DNA of 64,000 nt from Candidatus Krumholzibacteriota bacterium (GTDB taxonomy: Bacteria > Krumholzibacteriota > Krumholzibacteriia > JAJRXK01), in contig CAVSGG010000003.1 of the NCBI GenBank assembly GCA_963727455.1, positions 96,001-160,000 of the forward strand, in the 5' to 3' direction. How positions within the stretch are numbered: the stretch's first letter is position 1; every line of letters starts with the position of its first letter. The notes under the pieces were generated by a model that did not search any database, was not told the DNA's origin, and saw only the letters and a list, made by a program, of their open reading frames with translations. The position numbers and the translations under genes are program-made. Below are positions 1-8,760 of this stretch, piece by piece.

Positions 1-1007
1 GAGTTCTCGTAACAAAGCGACTGCACACCGTAGACCATGCTGTAGGCATGGTAGCCCAGCATGTTCAGCGCCACCGTCACCTGCGCCGAGGTCTGCCCTG
101 TCCAGCAATAGACGAGGATCTTCTGGTCGGTGGGCAGGGTGTTCAGGGTATTGTCGGTCTGCAGGCTCGCCTTGGGAGCGTACTGCACCGCGGTGGGCAT
201 GTGGCCCGCGTTGTATTCGGCCGTGGGGAAGTAGTTCACCACGTACCAAGTTCCGTCGTCGGCCGCGATCGAGTCGTACACGTTGGAAATCCCGCGCGAG
301 TTCCAGCCGCTGCCGAACTCGTTGTAGGTACCCCTGACGTAGGCATCCGCGCGCGCCTTCAGAACGTCCAGACCGGTGCCCAAGCCGGTACCCAGCGCCG
401 GATAGCTACCAGGAGCGTTGCAGGCGCAAGGATCGGGAGTCATCCAGGTATTGTAGTCATTGGAGGTCTTTTTCATGTAGTCAGTACCGATGTAATCGGT
501 GTTCGAGGTCCAGCTGCTCATCCCGAACACCAGGTTCACGGCATCGTAGCCCGTGTCGATTCCCAAGAGATTCAAGATGGCGGTCGCGGTGCTGGCCGTC
601 TGGCCGGTAAAGCACACGTTGCAAATCACCTTGTCGGTAGGGAAGTCCCCCGCGTTGACATGGTCGATGATCTCCGAGAGCGACCAGTTCACTGCGCCCT
701 GGATGTGCGCATTGTCGTAGACCGCCGGCGAGCGCCAGTCGACGATGAAGTAATCGTCGGAGGGATCGGCGTTGCCGAAATTGGCGTCGAAGAGCGCCTG
801 GGCGGAGATGTTGACCCCCAGGCCACGGTTCGGCGTCACGTAGGTGCTCAGATAGGCGTCGGTGTAGGGAGAAACCAGCGAGAAGCCGTCCGCCGCGGGC
901 GGGGGATTCGTTCCGTTGTCGTCGTCGCTACAACCGACGAAAGCGAAGACGAGGATCATCATACTTGTGAGAAGCAGCTTGCTCCAACGACTGCGATTCA
1001 TGGTCAT
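1..1007 (-). CDS. Tandem rhodanese-domain (sulfurtransferase) lipoprotein, 3' end runs off the window
   Basis: Not in the ORF track; translated by hand. MTMNRSRWSKLLLTSMMILVFAFVGC (lipobox) ...FIVDWRSPAVYDNAHIQGAVNW ...VICNVCFTGQTAS ...YNAGHMPTAVQY ...ILVYCWTGQTSAQ. RBS GGAAAGGA; ATG at 1007 or 1001; frame stays open to base 1. Confidence 0.9.
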   Translation of the reverse strand, partial: MTMNRSRWSKLLLTSMMILVFAFVGCSDDDNGTNPPPAADGFSLVSPYTDAYLSTYVTPNRGLGVNISAQALFDANFGNADPSDDYFIVDWRSPAVYDNAHIQGAVNWSLSEIIDHVNAGDFPTDKVICNVCFTGQTASTATAILNLLGIDTGYDAVNLVFGMSSWTSNTDYIGTDYMKKTSNDYNTWMTPDPCACNAPGSYPALGTGLGTGLDVLKARADAYVRGTYNEFGSGWNSRGISNVYDSIAADDGTWYVVNYFPTAEYNAGHMPTAVQYAPKASLQTDNTLNTLPTDQKILVYCWTGQTSAQVTVALNMLGYHAYSMVYGVQSLCYEN

Positions 1008-1092
1008 TCCTTTCCTGGTCTGCAATGAGCGAATCCCTCGCGAAGATCATCCCCGAAAGGGACCCGCTCACTCACGATGGTGATCCTCTCGA

Positions 1093-2451
1093 TCACCAGG
1101 ATGAATTGGGCGCCCCGTCGGGCACCACGAGAGCTTGATTGGCCTGCTGCTCTGCTACCGGCAGAGCGGACAGGTCCGAAGCACGCAGGAAGAAGTCCTT
1201 CGCTCCGAGATGCGAGTTGTGACACGCGTCGAAGCAGCTTGTCCCGCTCACCGCCGGGTCCGGCGTGCGATCGGTACGGCGCCGGATGTTGTGCGGCGTG
1301 GCCAGCTTCCAGGTCGGTTCGCTGCTGAAGTTGGGCAGCGTGCTCATACCCCAAGCGGCATAGGTGTCGTCCACCACCGGCACGTGGCGCAGGACTACGT
1401 ACTTCTCGGAGCGGATATCCGACCTGGGGTTGTAACCGATCTTGAAGGTCTCATAGGAAGAACCCGTGATACCCTCACCCGCGTGGCATCCGTTGCAGCT
1501 CTTGTAGTTCTGGCTGTGGCAGACCTGACACGCGAACTGCGACAGATGCGTGGTGTGGTAGATGTTGTTCCAATTGGCGTCGGTGCCCGGTCCGTGGCAG
1601 TCCGTGCACTTGGCCAGCCCCGGCGCCTCGTAACGAGATTGCGTCGCGCTACCATCGCCGTGCATGTCCGCGCCGTCGTGGCAATCCATGCAACTCATGG
1701 CCAAGGGAACGCGGTGGTAGTCGGCTCCGGCATAGTCATTGTTGCCGTAGTACTCGTCTCCGATTCGCGATCCATGGCATGCCGTGCAGTTCAAGGACAT
1801 GTCCGGAGTGCGGTTCACGCGATGTGCTTTCACGAGTCCGCCGCCCACGGGCTTCGGCGAGGAGATGTGGCAATCGCCACAGCTCACATGACAGCCCCCG
1901 CAGGCCGAGCCAAAGCCCGCCATGTACGCCGCGTTATCGCTGATCTTTTGCCCCGATCGTTTTTCGAAGAGGGCATAGTAGGCAGCTTGCGTGGAGTGGA
2001 TGGCGGTCGTGTAGGTCCCTTTGGCTCCGTGGCAACTCGCCTCCAGGCAGGTATTGTTCGCGCCGTCGCTGGGATCGGCAATGAGACCAGCGTGTGCATC
2101 GTCCTTGGTGTTCTCGCCGCTCTGCCCCCCGTGGCAATAGATGCAGCCGAGGGAACCATGGGTGCTGGCCAAGAAGGCAGCACCGTCCGTACCATCGATC
2201 AGAACTTTCTTCCATCCCTCAACCTGAGGGATCGATCCGCCTCAGCCCTCCCCCGTGTCGGCGGGGAGGGTGTCGGGGAGGGCGGTGGCCATCAGCATGG
2301 CCTGGTTCGTATGGCAACCCTGGCAGGTGGCAACTTGGAGGGCGGGTCCTCCACCCCCGCCATCCCCCGAATCGCTGCTGCCGCAGCCCCAGAGGCCACC
2401 CAGCGCCAGCGATCCTGCGGCAAGCCAGAACAAGAACTTATGTGAGACCAT
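1093..2451 (-). CDS. Selenocysteine-containing multiheme cytochrome c lipoprotein (Sec70 at TGA 2242-2244)
   Basis: ATG 2451 MVSHKFLFWLAAGSLALGGLWGC (lipobox). CQGCH, then DTGEG-TGA-GGSIPQVEGWKKVLIDG continues in frame into ORF 1093-2172. 9 CXXCH plus CLEASCH and CFDACH. SECIS-like hairpin follows the TGA. Confidence 0.85.
2211..2235 (-). promoter_or_regulatory. SECIS-like hairpin for the cytochrome UGA
   Basis: mRNA: UGA GGCGGAUCG AUCCCUCA-GGU-UGAGGGAU. Perfect 8-bp stem; G-initiated loop 17 nt after the UGA. Confidence 0.75.
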
Positions 2452-2467
2452 TCCTATGGCTCCCTTC

Positions 2468-3136
2468 TCAGCTCTTCGCCTCAGGCACGGATTGGCCGGC
2501 GGAGTCGTTTTCTTCGTTTGCGGCTTTTTCGGGGACTTCCGCCAAAAGCCCGCGCGCGAAAATCGGTACGTTGTTGCAGATGATGTCGAGAGTCTCGTAG
2601 CTGACGTCTTCGAGCCTGTTCCAGAACTCGGCATTGACCGCGCAGCCGATTACGAGTCCGACGTAACAGCGCGCGGTAATGCCGGGATCGACTTTGCGGA
2701 GTTCCCCGCTCTCGATCCGTTTCTTGAATTCCTTCGCGAGAAAGTTCACGTAGGGCATGCGGAACTCGCGCAATAACTTCGCAGCGGCTTCGTCGTCGGT
2801 GACCGAAGTCATCAGAAGCAAGCGAAGCAGCTGGGGGTCCTGCTGCGCGGTGGAGAGCAAGTGCAGCGAGGCGGCACGCAAGAGGTCTTCGACCGATTCC
2901 AAGGAGCCGAGGGTTTCCAGATAGCTGCTGATGGCCAGACCGCGCGAACGAGATTCGACGGCCTTTTCGAAGAGGTCGAGCTTGCTGGGAAAGTGTCGGT
3001 AGATGGCGGCGGCGGTGATGCCCACGTCTTCCGCCAGCTGCCGCATCGAGGTGCCCGCATACCCGTAGCGGGAGAAGTGCCGCAGGGCGACTTCCAGGAT
3101 CTGGTCCCGCCGGGACAGCTTGGACGACGCAGGCAT
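2468..3136 (-). CDS. TetR/AcrR family transcriptional regulator
   Basis: N-terminal RRDQILEVALRHFSRYGYAGTSMRQLAEDVGITAAAIYRHFPSKLDLF helix-turn-helix; stop is 17 nt upstream of the cytochrome ATG. Confidence 0.93.
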   Translation of the reverse strand: MPASSKLSRRDQILEVALRHFSRYGYAGTSMRQLAEDVGITAAAIYRHFPSKLDLFEKAVESRSRGLAISSYLETLGSLESVEDLLRAASLHLLSTAQQDPQLLRLLLMTSVTDDEAAAKLLREFRMPYVNFLAKEFKKRIESGELRKVDPGITARCYVGLVIGCAVNAEFWNRLEDVSYETLDIICNNVPIFARGLLAEVPEKAANEENDSAGQSVPEAKS

Positions 3137-3224
3137 CGTGGGGGTCCTCGTTAAAAAGAGAGGAAACGATCTGCTATTTCCGTATCCAGACTAGCTAGCC
3201 GTGATTTTCGCCGGCAAGGAGAAA

Positions 3225-3335
3225 GTTAACGATTCTTCACTTTTTGTAGTCCCGGTATTGTGTTTTCTCTTAACTGCCTGATATGACCTTAATTTAGCTG
3301 TTTTGGTCGTCTTAAGAAGTAAACGATCGCTTAAC
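3225..3335. promoter_or_regulatory. Candidate TetR operator near-palindromes in AT-rich divergent intergenic region
   Basis: GTTAACGATTCTTCAC (3225-3240) and TAAACGATCGCTTA (3320-3333) are imperfect palindromes sharing an AACGAT core. Confidence 0.4.
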
Positions 3336-3524
3336 GCCATTCAAACATTCGTTCCGGCTGCGCGAGGGTGCCCGCGACCTGAAGCGATCGGCGCGGGGGG
3401 GTCGGCGGCGGGAGGCGATGGGCGCGGGGAGTTGCAACCGGGGCGTTGCGGGTTCACCGCCATCTCTCCCTGGATTCTCGAAACGGCCCGACAGAGAATC
3501 ACAGGCTGAAAGGGCGTGATAGCG

Positions 3525-4373
3525 ATGGAAAGCGGGTTGAAGGACAAGGTCGTATGCATCACCGGAGCCTCGGGCGGCATCGGCCGGGCGCTCGCGGAGT
3601 GCTTTGCGCAAGAGGGCGCTCACTTGGTGCTCTGCGCATACTCACAGCTCGGGGGCCTGAAGAAGTGGGCCGAGGCGCAGAAGTGGAACGAGCCCGCACT
3701 GCTAGCGAGTGTCGACGTGCGCCACCCACGCGAGCTGAAGGAACTGTACGCGCGCGCCCGCAAGCGGTGGGGTCGTGTGGATGTGTGCGTGGCCAATGCG
3801 GGGATCTGGCCCGAGGAGAGCTTGCCTCTGCACGAGATGAGCGAGGAGAGAATTCTCCACACCGTGGACGTAGATCTCTTGGGTGCCACCTGGACTGCGC
3901 GCGCGTTTTTGGCGGGTCTCGCCCAATGCGGGCCGCGCGAGGACGGGCACGGTGCGAGTCTCATCTTCATTGGTTCGACGGCGGGGCGCTTCGGCGAGGC
4001 CGGACACTGCGATTATTCCCTGAGCAAGGCGGGGATGTACGGACTCTTGCGCACTCTGAAAAACGAGATCGTACAGCTCGACCCCTTCGGCCGCGTGAAC
4101 CTGGTGGAGCCGGGCTGGACGGCCACACCCATGGCCGAGGACTCGCTGCAGGACGACGCCGCAATCAAGGGGATTGCGCGCACCATGCCGCTGCGACAGA
4201 TCGCGCGCGCGGAAGATATTGCACGCGCGGTGGCATTCCTCAGCTCGCCACTCCTGGCGCGCCATCTGAGCGGCGAGGTGCTCACGGTGGCCGGCGGCAT
4301 GGAGGGCCGGACTCTGTGGCGCGAAAGCGAGATCGAGGCCGACGCAGTGCGCCGCCGCCTCGATCCCGATTGA
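3525..4373 (+). CDS. Short-chain dehydrogenase/reductase (SDR)
   Basis: TGASGGIG NAD(P)-binding motif, VANAG, catalytic YSLSK, VEPGW. Confidence 0.92.
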   Translation: MESGLKDKVVCITGASGGIGRALAECFAQEGAHLVLCAYSQLGGLKKWAEAQKWNEPALLASVDVRHPRELKELYARARKRWGRVDVCVANAGIWPEESLPLHEMSEERILHTVDVDLLGATWTARAFLAGLAQCGPREDGHGASLIFIGSTAGRFGEAGHCDYSLSKAGMYGLLRTLKNEIVQLDPFGRVNLVEPGWTATPMAEDSLQDDAAIKGIARTMPLRQIARAEDIARAVAFLSSPLLARHLSGEVLTVAGGMEGRTLWRESEIEADAVRRRLDPD

Positions 4374-4386
4374 AAGGACCACTTCC

Positions 4387-5730
4387 TTGAGAATCCTGCG
4401 ACTCTCGCTTGGCTCGAATCTGCTCGGCCTCTTCGTCCTCGTGGCGACGGCCCTGACGCCGCTGCAGAGCGCGGCCCTGCAGGATGCGCAGGGGAAAAAG
4501 ACCACCGACGAGCTGACGCCGGTTCGGCAGCTGGCCAAGCAAGCCGAGGGCGAACCGTACTGGGCACCGCTGCTGCGCCTGCGGGAGGCCGAGGCCCAGT
4601 ACCGGGATACTCCGCAGTGGAGCGCCTACTTGCAGCTGCGCGCCTACCTCGAGTGTAAGGTGGGCGACCATCATGCAGCGTTGGCGTCCTGGGATGCGGC
4701 TTTCACCCCCCCGGATTCCGTGGGGACCCTTCCCGCCGGCATCGTGGCGCGCGATGCGCTCGCGACTTTGAGCGCGGTGGCCGATACCGCCCGGGTGATC
4801 ATGATCAACGAGCGTCATCACGCGGCCTCCGATCGCTTGCTGACCCTCGCTCTGCTTCCCATCCTGCGCGCCAAGGGCTTCCGCTACCTCGCAGCGGAGG
4901 CCTTCAATCCCCGCGACGCCGAGCTCAACGTGCGGTCCTATCCGGTGGCCGCGACGGGGACCTACCTGCAGGATCCCGTCTTTGCCGCGATCGTACGCGA
5001 GGCGCGGCGTCTGGGTTACACCCTGGTGCCGTACGAGAGCCTGCAGGGGGAGGAGGCGGGGGACGATAGCATGACCGCCCAACAGCGGCGGGACTTCACG
5101 CAAGCGAAGAATCTGGCCCGGGCGACGGTTCAGCAGGATCACGAGGCGAAAGTCCTCGTCCATGCCGGATACTCGCACGTGCTCGAGCGCGCGAGCGAGC
5201 GTTTCACCCCCATGGCCCTGTATTTCCATCAGCTTACCGGCATCGATCCGGTCACGGTCGACCAAACGCGCCTCAGCGAACGAAGCAGCCGCGAGTACGA
5301 GGCTCCCGCCTATCGCGCCTGCCTGAAGGCGGGACTCTTGAAGGACCGCGCGCTAATCTTGTTTCAGGTCAACGGAAAGCCCTACTCGCCCGCGGCCTTC
5401 GCCGTCGACTACCAGGTCTTCACTCCGCGCACACGCTACGAGGATGGGCGACCGGTCTGGATGCGCTGCGGTGGGCTGCGCCAGGCGATACGAGTCGCGG
5501 TTCCCGAGGCGGAGGACGAGTGGTGTATGGTGGAAGCCCGAGTGCCGGACGAGCCGGACGAGGCAATTCCACTCGACCGCTGCGAGCTCGAGGGAACGCA
5601 GAAGGCGATGCTCTTTTTGCCGCCCGGCAAGAAGTTCATCCTCTGGGTGCGCGATCAGGATGGAGACGTGCTGCGCAAGACCCAGATCATTAATCCCCTT
5701 CGCCAGGAAAGAGGCGAGGGAAGCAATTAG
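4387..5730 (+). CDS. Secreted hypothetical protein, probable EreA/ChaN-like fold
   Basis: Signal peptide; VIMINERHH, YLAAEAF, QQRRDFTQAKNL, VLVHAGYSHV resemble EreA/ChaN/TIKI-superfamily motifs. Confidence 0.55.
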   Translation: MRILRLSLGSNLLGLFVLVATALTPLQSAALQDAQGKKTTDELTPVRQLAKQAEGEPYWAPLLRLREAEAQYRDTPQWSAYLQLRAYLECKVGDHHAALASWDAAFTPPDSVGTLPAGIVARDALATLSAVADTARVIMINERHHAASDRLLTLALLPILRAKGFRYLAAEAFNPRDAELNVRSYPVAATGTYLQDPVFAAIVREARRLGYTLVPYESLQGEEAGDDSMTAQQRRDFTQAKNLARATVQQDHEAKVLVHAGYSHVLERASERFTPMALYFHQLTGIDPVTVDQTRLSERSSREYEAPAYRACLKAGLLKDRALILFQVNGKPYSPAAFAVDYQVFTPRTRYEDGRPVWMRCGGLRQAIRVAVPEAEDEWCMVEARVPDEPDEAIPLDRCELEGTQKAMLFLPPGKKFILWVRDQDGDVLRKTQIINPLRQERGEGSN

Positions 5731-5794
5731 GGCGCGGGGAGAACTCTGATGCCGTCAACTTGGGCTCTCGTTCCTTGGATTGCAATGGTGCTCG

Positions 5795-7840
5795 ATGAAA
5801 CTTGACTCGATGACAGAGCGGGCGAACGCTGACGACAGGAAGCGCGCGAAGGCTGCCGGCTGGCTGGCTGCGGTGTGGATTGGAGCGGTTGCGGGCTGGG
5901 TCGACGCGAGCGCTGGATTTCTCCACCCGGTGTCGACGCGTTTGCTGCTGTTCTCTCCTCTCCTCTACGGTCTTTTCGCGCTCGTCGTTTACCTTCTCGC
6001 CCGCGTCGTACTGCGATTGCTTTCCGCACTGATGGGCAATCGGGTGAGTTATTTGCGCCACATCGAGAGCCTCGCCTTGGGCGCGACCGCCGGTGCTCTG
6101 ATCCTGTTCTTCGGGGTATACTTCGTAACCACTTCCACGGTGCCCTTCTTCGCCTCACTCCGTGGCCTGCTCCTGGGATTCGTGGGGGCTACGATCCTGA
6201 GCTGGGTGGCCCTCGTGTCGGTTTCGCTCCTGGCCCTGCGCCGATATCCTACCCCGCCTCAGGATCGAGACACGCGCGCTCTCGAGCACCGCGCCGCGCC
6301 GTCCCGAGCTTTCTTTCGGCTCTGGCTGCCCTTTACTCCCCTGCTGGCCATCGCGTTCGCCTACGGAATCCTGGCTGGAATCTACTTCGCTCGCGACGGC
6401 CACCTCGCTCGCGGGCAGAGCCCGCCGCGGGGATTCGTTCTGGTGAGTCTCGACGCAGCTCGCGGTGATCACTTGACCGCCCTCGGTTACCCACGGCCGA
6501 CCACGCCGCAGATCGACAAGTTGATTTCCGGGGGTACGGCATTCCGGCGCGCCTACGTGCAGATGCCCGCCTCGGCGCCTGGCCACTCCAGCATGTTGAC
6601 CGGTCTGCCGCCGCTGTCGCACGGCGTGCTCGTAAACACGGGGGTACTCGACAATCGAATTCTGACCCTGGCCGAACGCTTACGCGGCGAAGGATTTCGT
6701 ACGGCCGCCTTCATCAACAACTACTATCTGGAGAGTCGATTCGGCTTCGATCAGGGTTTCGAGACCTTCATCGATCAGTACCGTGCTTCCCAGTTGGCCA
6801 CCTGGGACCCGCGCTTCTTGCTACGCGGGACGGCGCTCTTCCATGCCATCATCCGTGCGACTCGCCGCCCGGGCGCCCGAAACGATGATACGATCAATCT
6901 CACCCTAGACTGGCTGCGTAACCGGCCAGCCGGCGACTTCTTCGTGTTTCTGCACATCATGGATCCGCACTCCCCCTATGCGCCGCCGGAGGATCTGCGC
7001 CGGAAGTTTCAGTCGCCGGAGGACGACAGGAGAACACATCCCGTTACCGGTGAGAAGCTCGAACCGGTTCGGGACAACGCGGCCCTACGAGCGCGCATCG
7101 GCGCACTAAACCCCCATGAGATCAGCGGCATGCGCAATCTCTACGATGGCGATCTTGCGCTGGCCGATCGCAAAGTCGGCAGGCTTGTCGCTGAATTGCG
7201 GCGCCTCGGCCTATTCGACTCGACGCTTTTGATGGTCACGGCCGACCACGGCGAGGTTCTCTACGAAAAGGAACACGACTTCGACCACGGTTTCATCTGG
7301 AACGGCGATCTCCACGTTCCCCTGGTGATGAGTTACCCGGGACACGTGCCGGCTGGAAGAATCGTGGACGAAGAGGTGCCCGGCGCTGCGATCCCAGCCA
7401 CCGCCTGTGCGCTGCTCGATGTTCCCTACGAGGAACAGACCAAAGCTGGCTTCTACGGCCCGCTCTTACCCACCGGCCCATCCGAGATTCTGGCAGAGAG
7501 TTCTCCCCCTTCCGCTGAGAACGAGGAGAAAATCGTCTGCGCCCTCGCCGGCCTGAAGGACGGGAGCCGGGTCACCGCTGCCATGGGGCCGCGCTACAAG
7601 CTGATTGTCTGGCCGGACGGGCGGAGCATGCTCTACGACCTTCAGCACGATCCCTTCGAACTGACGGATCTCTGGCCGCCACAGGATTTCGGCCAGATCG
7701 AGGCCGCACGGCGCCTGCGCGAGCACCTGTCCACGTGGCTCGAGACCTCGCAAGCGCAGGCGATCGGGGAATCTCGTCAGGAGGACGACATCGACCGCGA
7801 GACGCGCCAGCGTCTGCGCTCGATCGGGTATGTTCACTGA
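5795..7840 (+). CDS. Membrane-anchored sulfatase-like hydrolase/transferase (alkaline phosphatase superfamily)
   Basis: About 5 N-terminal TM helices; LVSLDAARGDH, SAPGHSSMLTG, HIMDPHSPY, TADHGE, C-terminal LRSIGY. Start codon uncertain (5780/5795/5810). Confidence 0.85.
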   Translation: MKLDSMTERANADDRKRAKAAGWLAAVWIGAVAGWVDASAGFLHPVSTRLLLFSPLLYGLFALVVYLLARVVLRLLSALMGNRVSYLRHIESLALGATAGALILFFGVYFVTTSTVPFFASLRGLLLGFVGATILSWVALVSVSLLALRRYPTPPQDRDTRALEHRAAPSRAFFRLWLPFTPLLAIAFAYGILAGIYFARDGHLARGQSPPRGFVLVSLDAARGDHLTALGYPRPTTPQIDKLISGGTAFRRAYVQMPASAPGHSSMLTGLPPLSHGVLVNTGVLDNRILTLAERLRGEGFRTAAFINNYYLESRFGFDQGFETFIDQYRASQLATWDPRFLLRGTALFHAIIRATRRPGARNDDTINLTLDWLRNRPAGDFFVFLHIMDPHSPYAPPEDLRRKFQSPEDDRRTHPVTGEKLEPVRDNAALRARIGALNPHEISGMRNLYDGDLALADRKVGRLVAELRRLGLFDSTLLMVTADHGEVLYEKEHDFDHGFIWNGDLHVPLVMSYPGHVPAGRIVDEEVPGAAIPATACALLDVPYEEQTKAGFYGPLLPTGPSEILAESSPPSAENEEKIVCALAGLKDGSRVTAAMGPRYKLIVWPDGRSMLYDLQHDPFELTDLWPPQDFGQIEAARRLREHLSTWLETSQAQAIGESRQEDDIDRETRQRLRSIGYVH

Positions 7841-7860
7841 GAGTTGCCGATGGCGATGAG

Positions 7861-8760
7861 CTAGCCGAAGGAGTCCGGTTTGCCCGCGAACAGATCGTTC
7901 GCGAAGGCCAGAAGCAGGCGAGCGAAGTCCTCGCGGCGCGCGGCGCCCACCGCGATGACCTCTTCGTGGCTGACTTCTTCCACTCCGTGCTCGCGAGCGA
8001 CGTTCGTGATGCAGGAAACGCCCACTACCTTGACGCCCAAGCGGCTGGCGAAGGCCGCCTCCGGACCGGTGGACATGCCGATGGCCGAAACCCCTATCGA
8101 CCGATAGAAGCCGATCTCTTTGGGCGTTTCGTAGCTCGGTCCCCACAACGATACGTAGGTCCCGGTGGCCACCGGGATTCCGCTTGCGGCCCCGACGTCG
8201 ACCATGCGCAGGGCCAGTGCTCGATCGAAGGGCCCGTTGTGGGTTGCGGCGCGCAATTGAATTTCGGCGTCGTAGCCCGAGGAATCGTCCGCCACCGGTG
8301 GCAACACCAGACCGCGCAAAGCATCGCCGTGAGCATCCAGGAGCCCGGTGAGTGCGACCAGATCACCGGCGCGGGCGTCCGGGCTGGCGCCACCCGCGGC
8401 ATTGGTCAGAACCAAAACTTCTACTCCGAGCGCGAGTAGGGTCGCGATGGGAAAAAGCACGTCCTCCATCGCGTGACCTTCGTAGGCGTGCAGACGTCCC
8501 TGGAGCACCAAGAGCTCGTGCTCCGTGCCGGGAATCCGGCAGGCGAGAAGCTGTCCCTTGTGAGCGGCGACGCTCGGCGCGTGAAAGCCCGGGATCGCGC
8601 CGAACTCGCGCTGGCGCACGAGCTCCAGCTGATCGGCGAAATTTCCCAGCCCGCTGCCTAACACTACACCCAGCCGTCCGCGAAAGCCCTCTTCGCGAAG
8701 AGGCTTCGCGCCGGCCTCGACCCGCTGCGCGTAATCGTCCCGCAAGCGCCATCCGCTCAT
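7861..8760 (-). CDS. punA: Purine-nucleoside phosphorylase (trimeric type)
   Basis: VVLGSGLG, QGRLHAYEG, LTNAAGG, GPSYETPKE, GMSTGPE, SCITN. ATG 8760 overlaps the add stop (ATGA). Confidence 0.92.
   Translation of the reverse strand: MSGWRLRDDYAQRVEAGAKPLREEGFRGRLGVVLGSGLGNFADQLELVRQREFGAIPGFHAPSVAAHKGQLLACRIPGTEHELLVLQGRLHAYEGHAMEDVLFPIATLLALGVEVLVLTNAAGGASPDARAGDLVALTGLLDAHGDALRGLVLPPVADDSSGYDAEIQLRAATHNGPFDRALALRMVDVGAASGIPVATGTYVSLWGPSYETPKEIGFYRSIGVSAIGMSTGPEAAFASRLGVKVVGVSCITNVAREHGVEEVSHEEVIAVGAARREDFARLLLAFANDLFAGKPDSFG

Noticed and set aside
48-1028. 326-aa plus-strand ORF in the track
   Set aside because: Antisense shadow of the minus-strand rhodanese gene; no motifs.
1008-1097. 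Cytochrome stop is also TGA and overlaps a hairpin (GGTGATC-CTCTC-GATCACC); possible second read-through into the rhodanese
   Set aside because: Another in-frame TGA follows within 7 codons, the rhodanese is in a different frame and has its own RBS and signal peptide, and the hairpin includes the UGA rather than sitting at SECIS distance.
2242-2244. Genome-wide UGA reassignment (Trp/Gly) as the explanation for in-frame TGAs
   Set aside because: Many genes here end correctly at TGA and Trp is encoded by TGG; only two in-frame TGAs were found, both followed by SECIS-like hairpins.
2242-2634. Stand-alone 130-aa monoheme protein as called in the track
   Set aside because: Its first 61 codons largely overlap TetR; the real start is ATG 2451 and the TGA is better explained as Sec.
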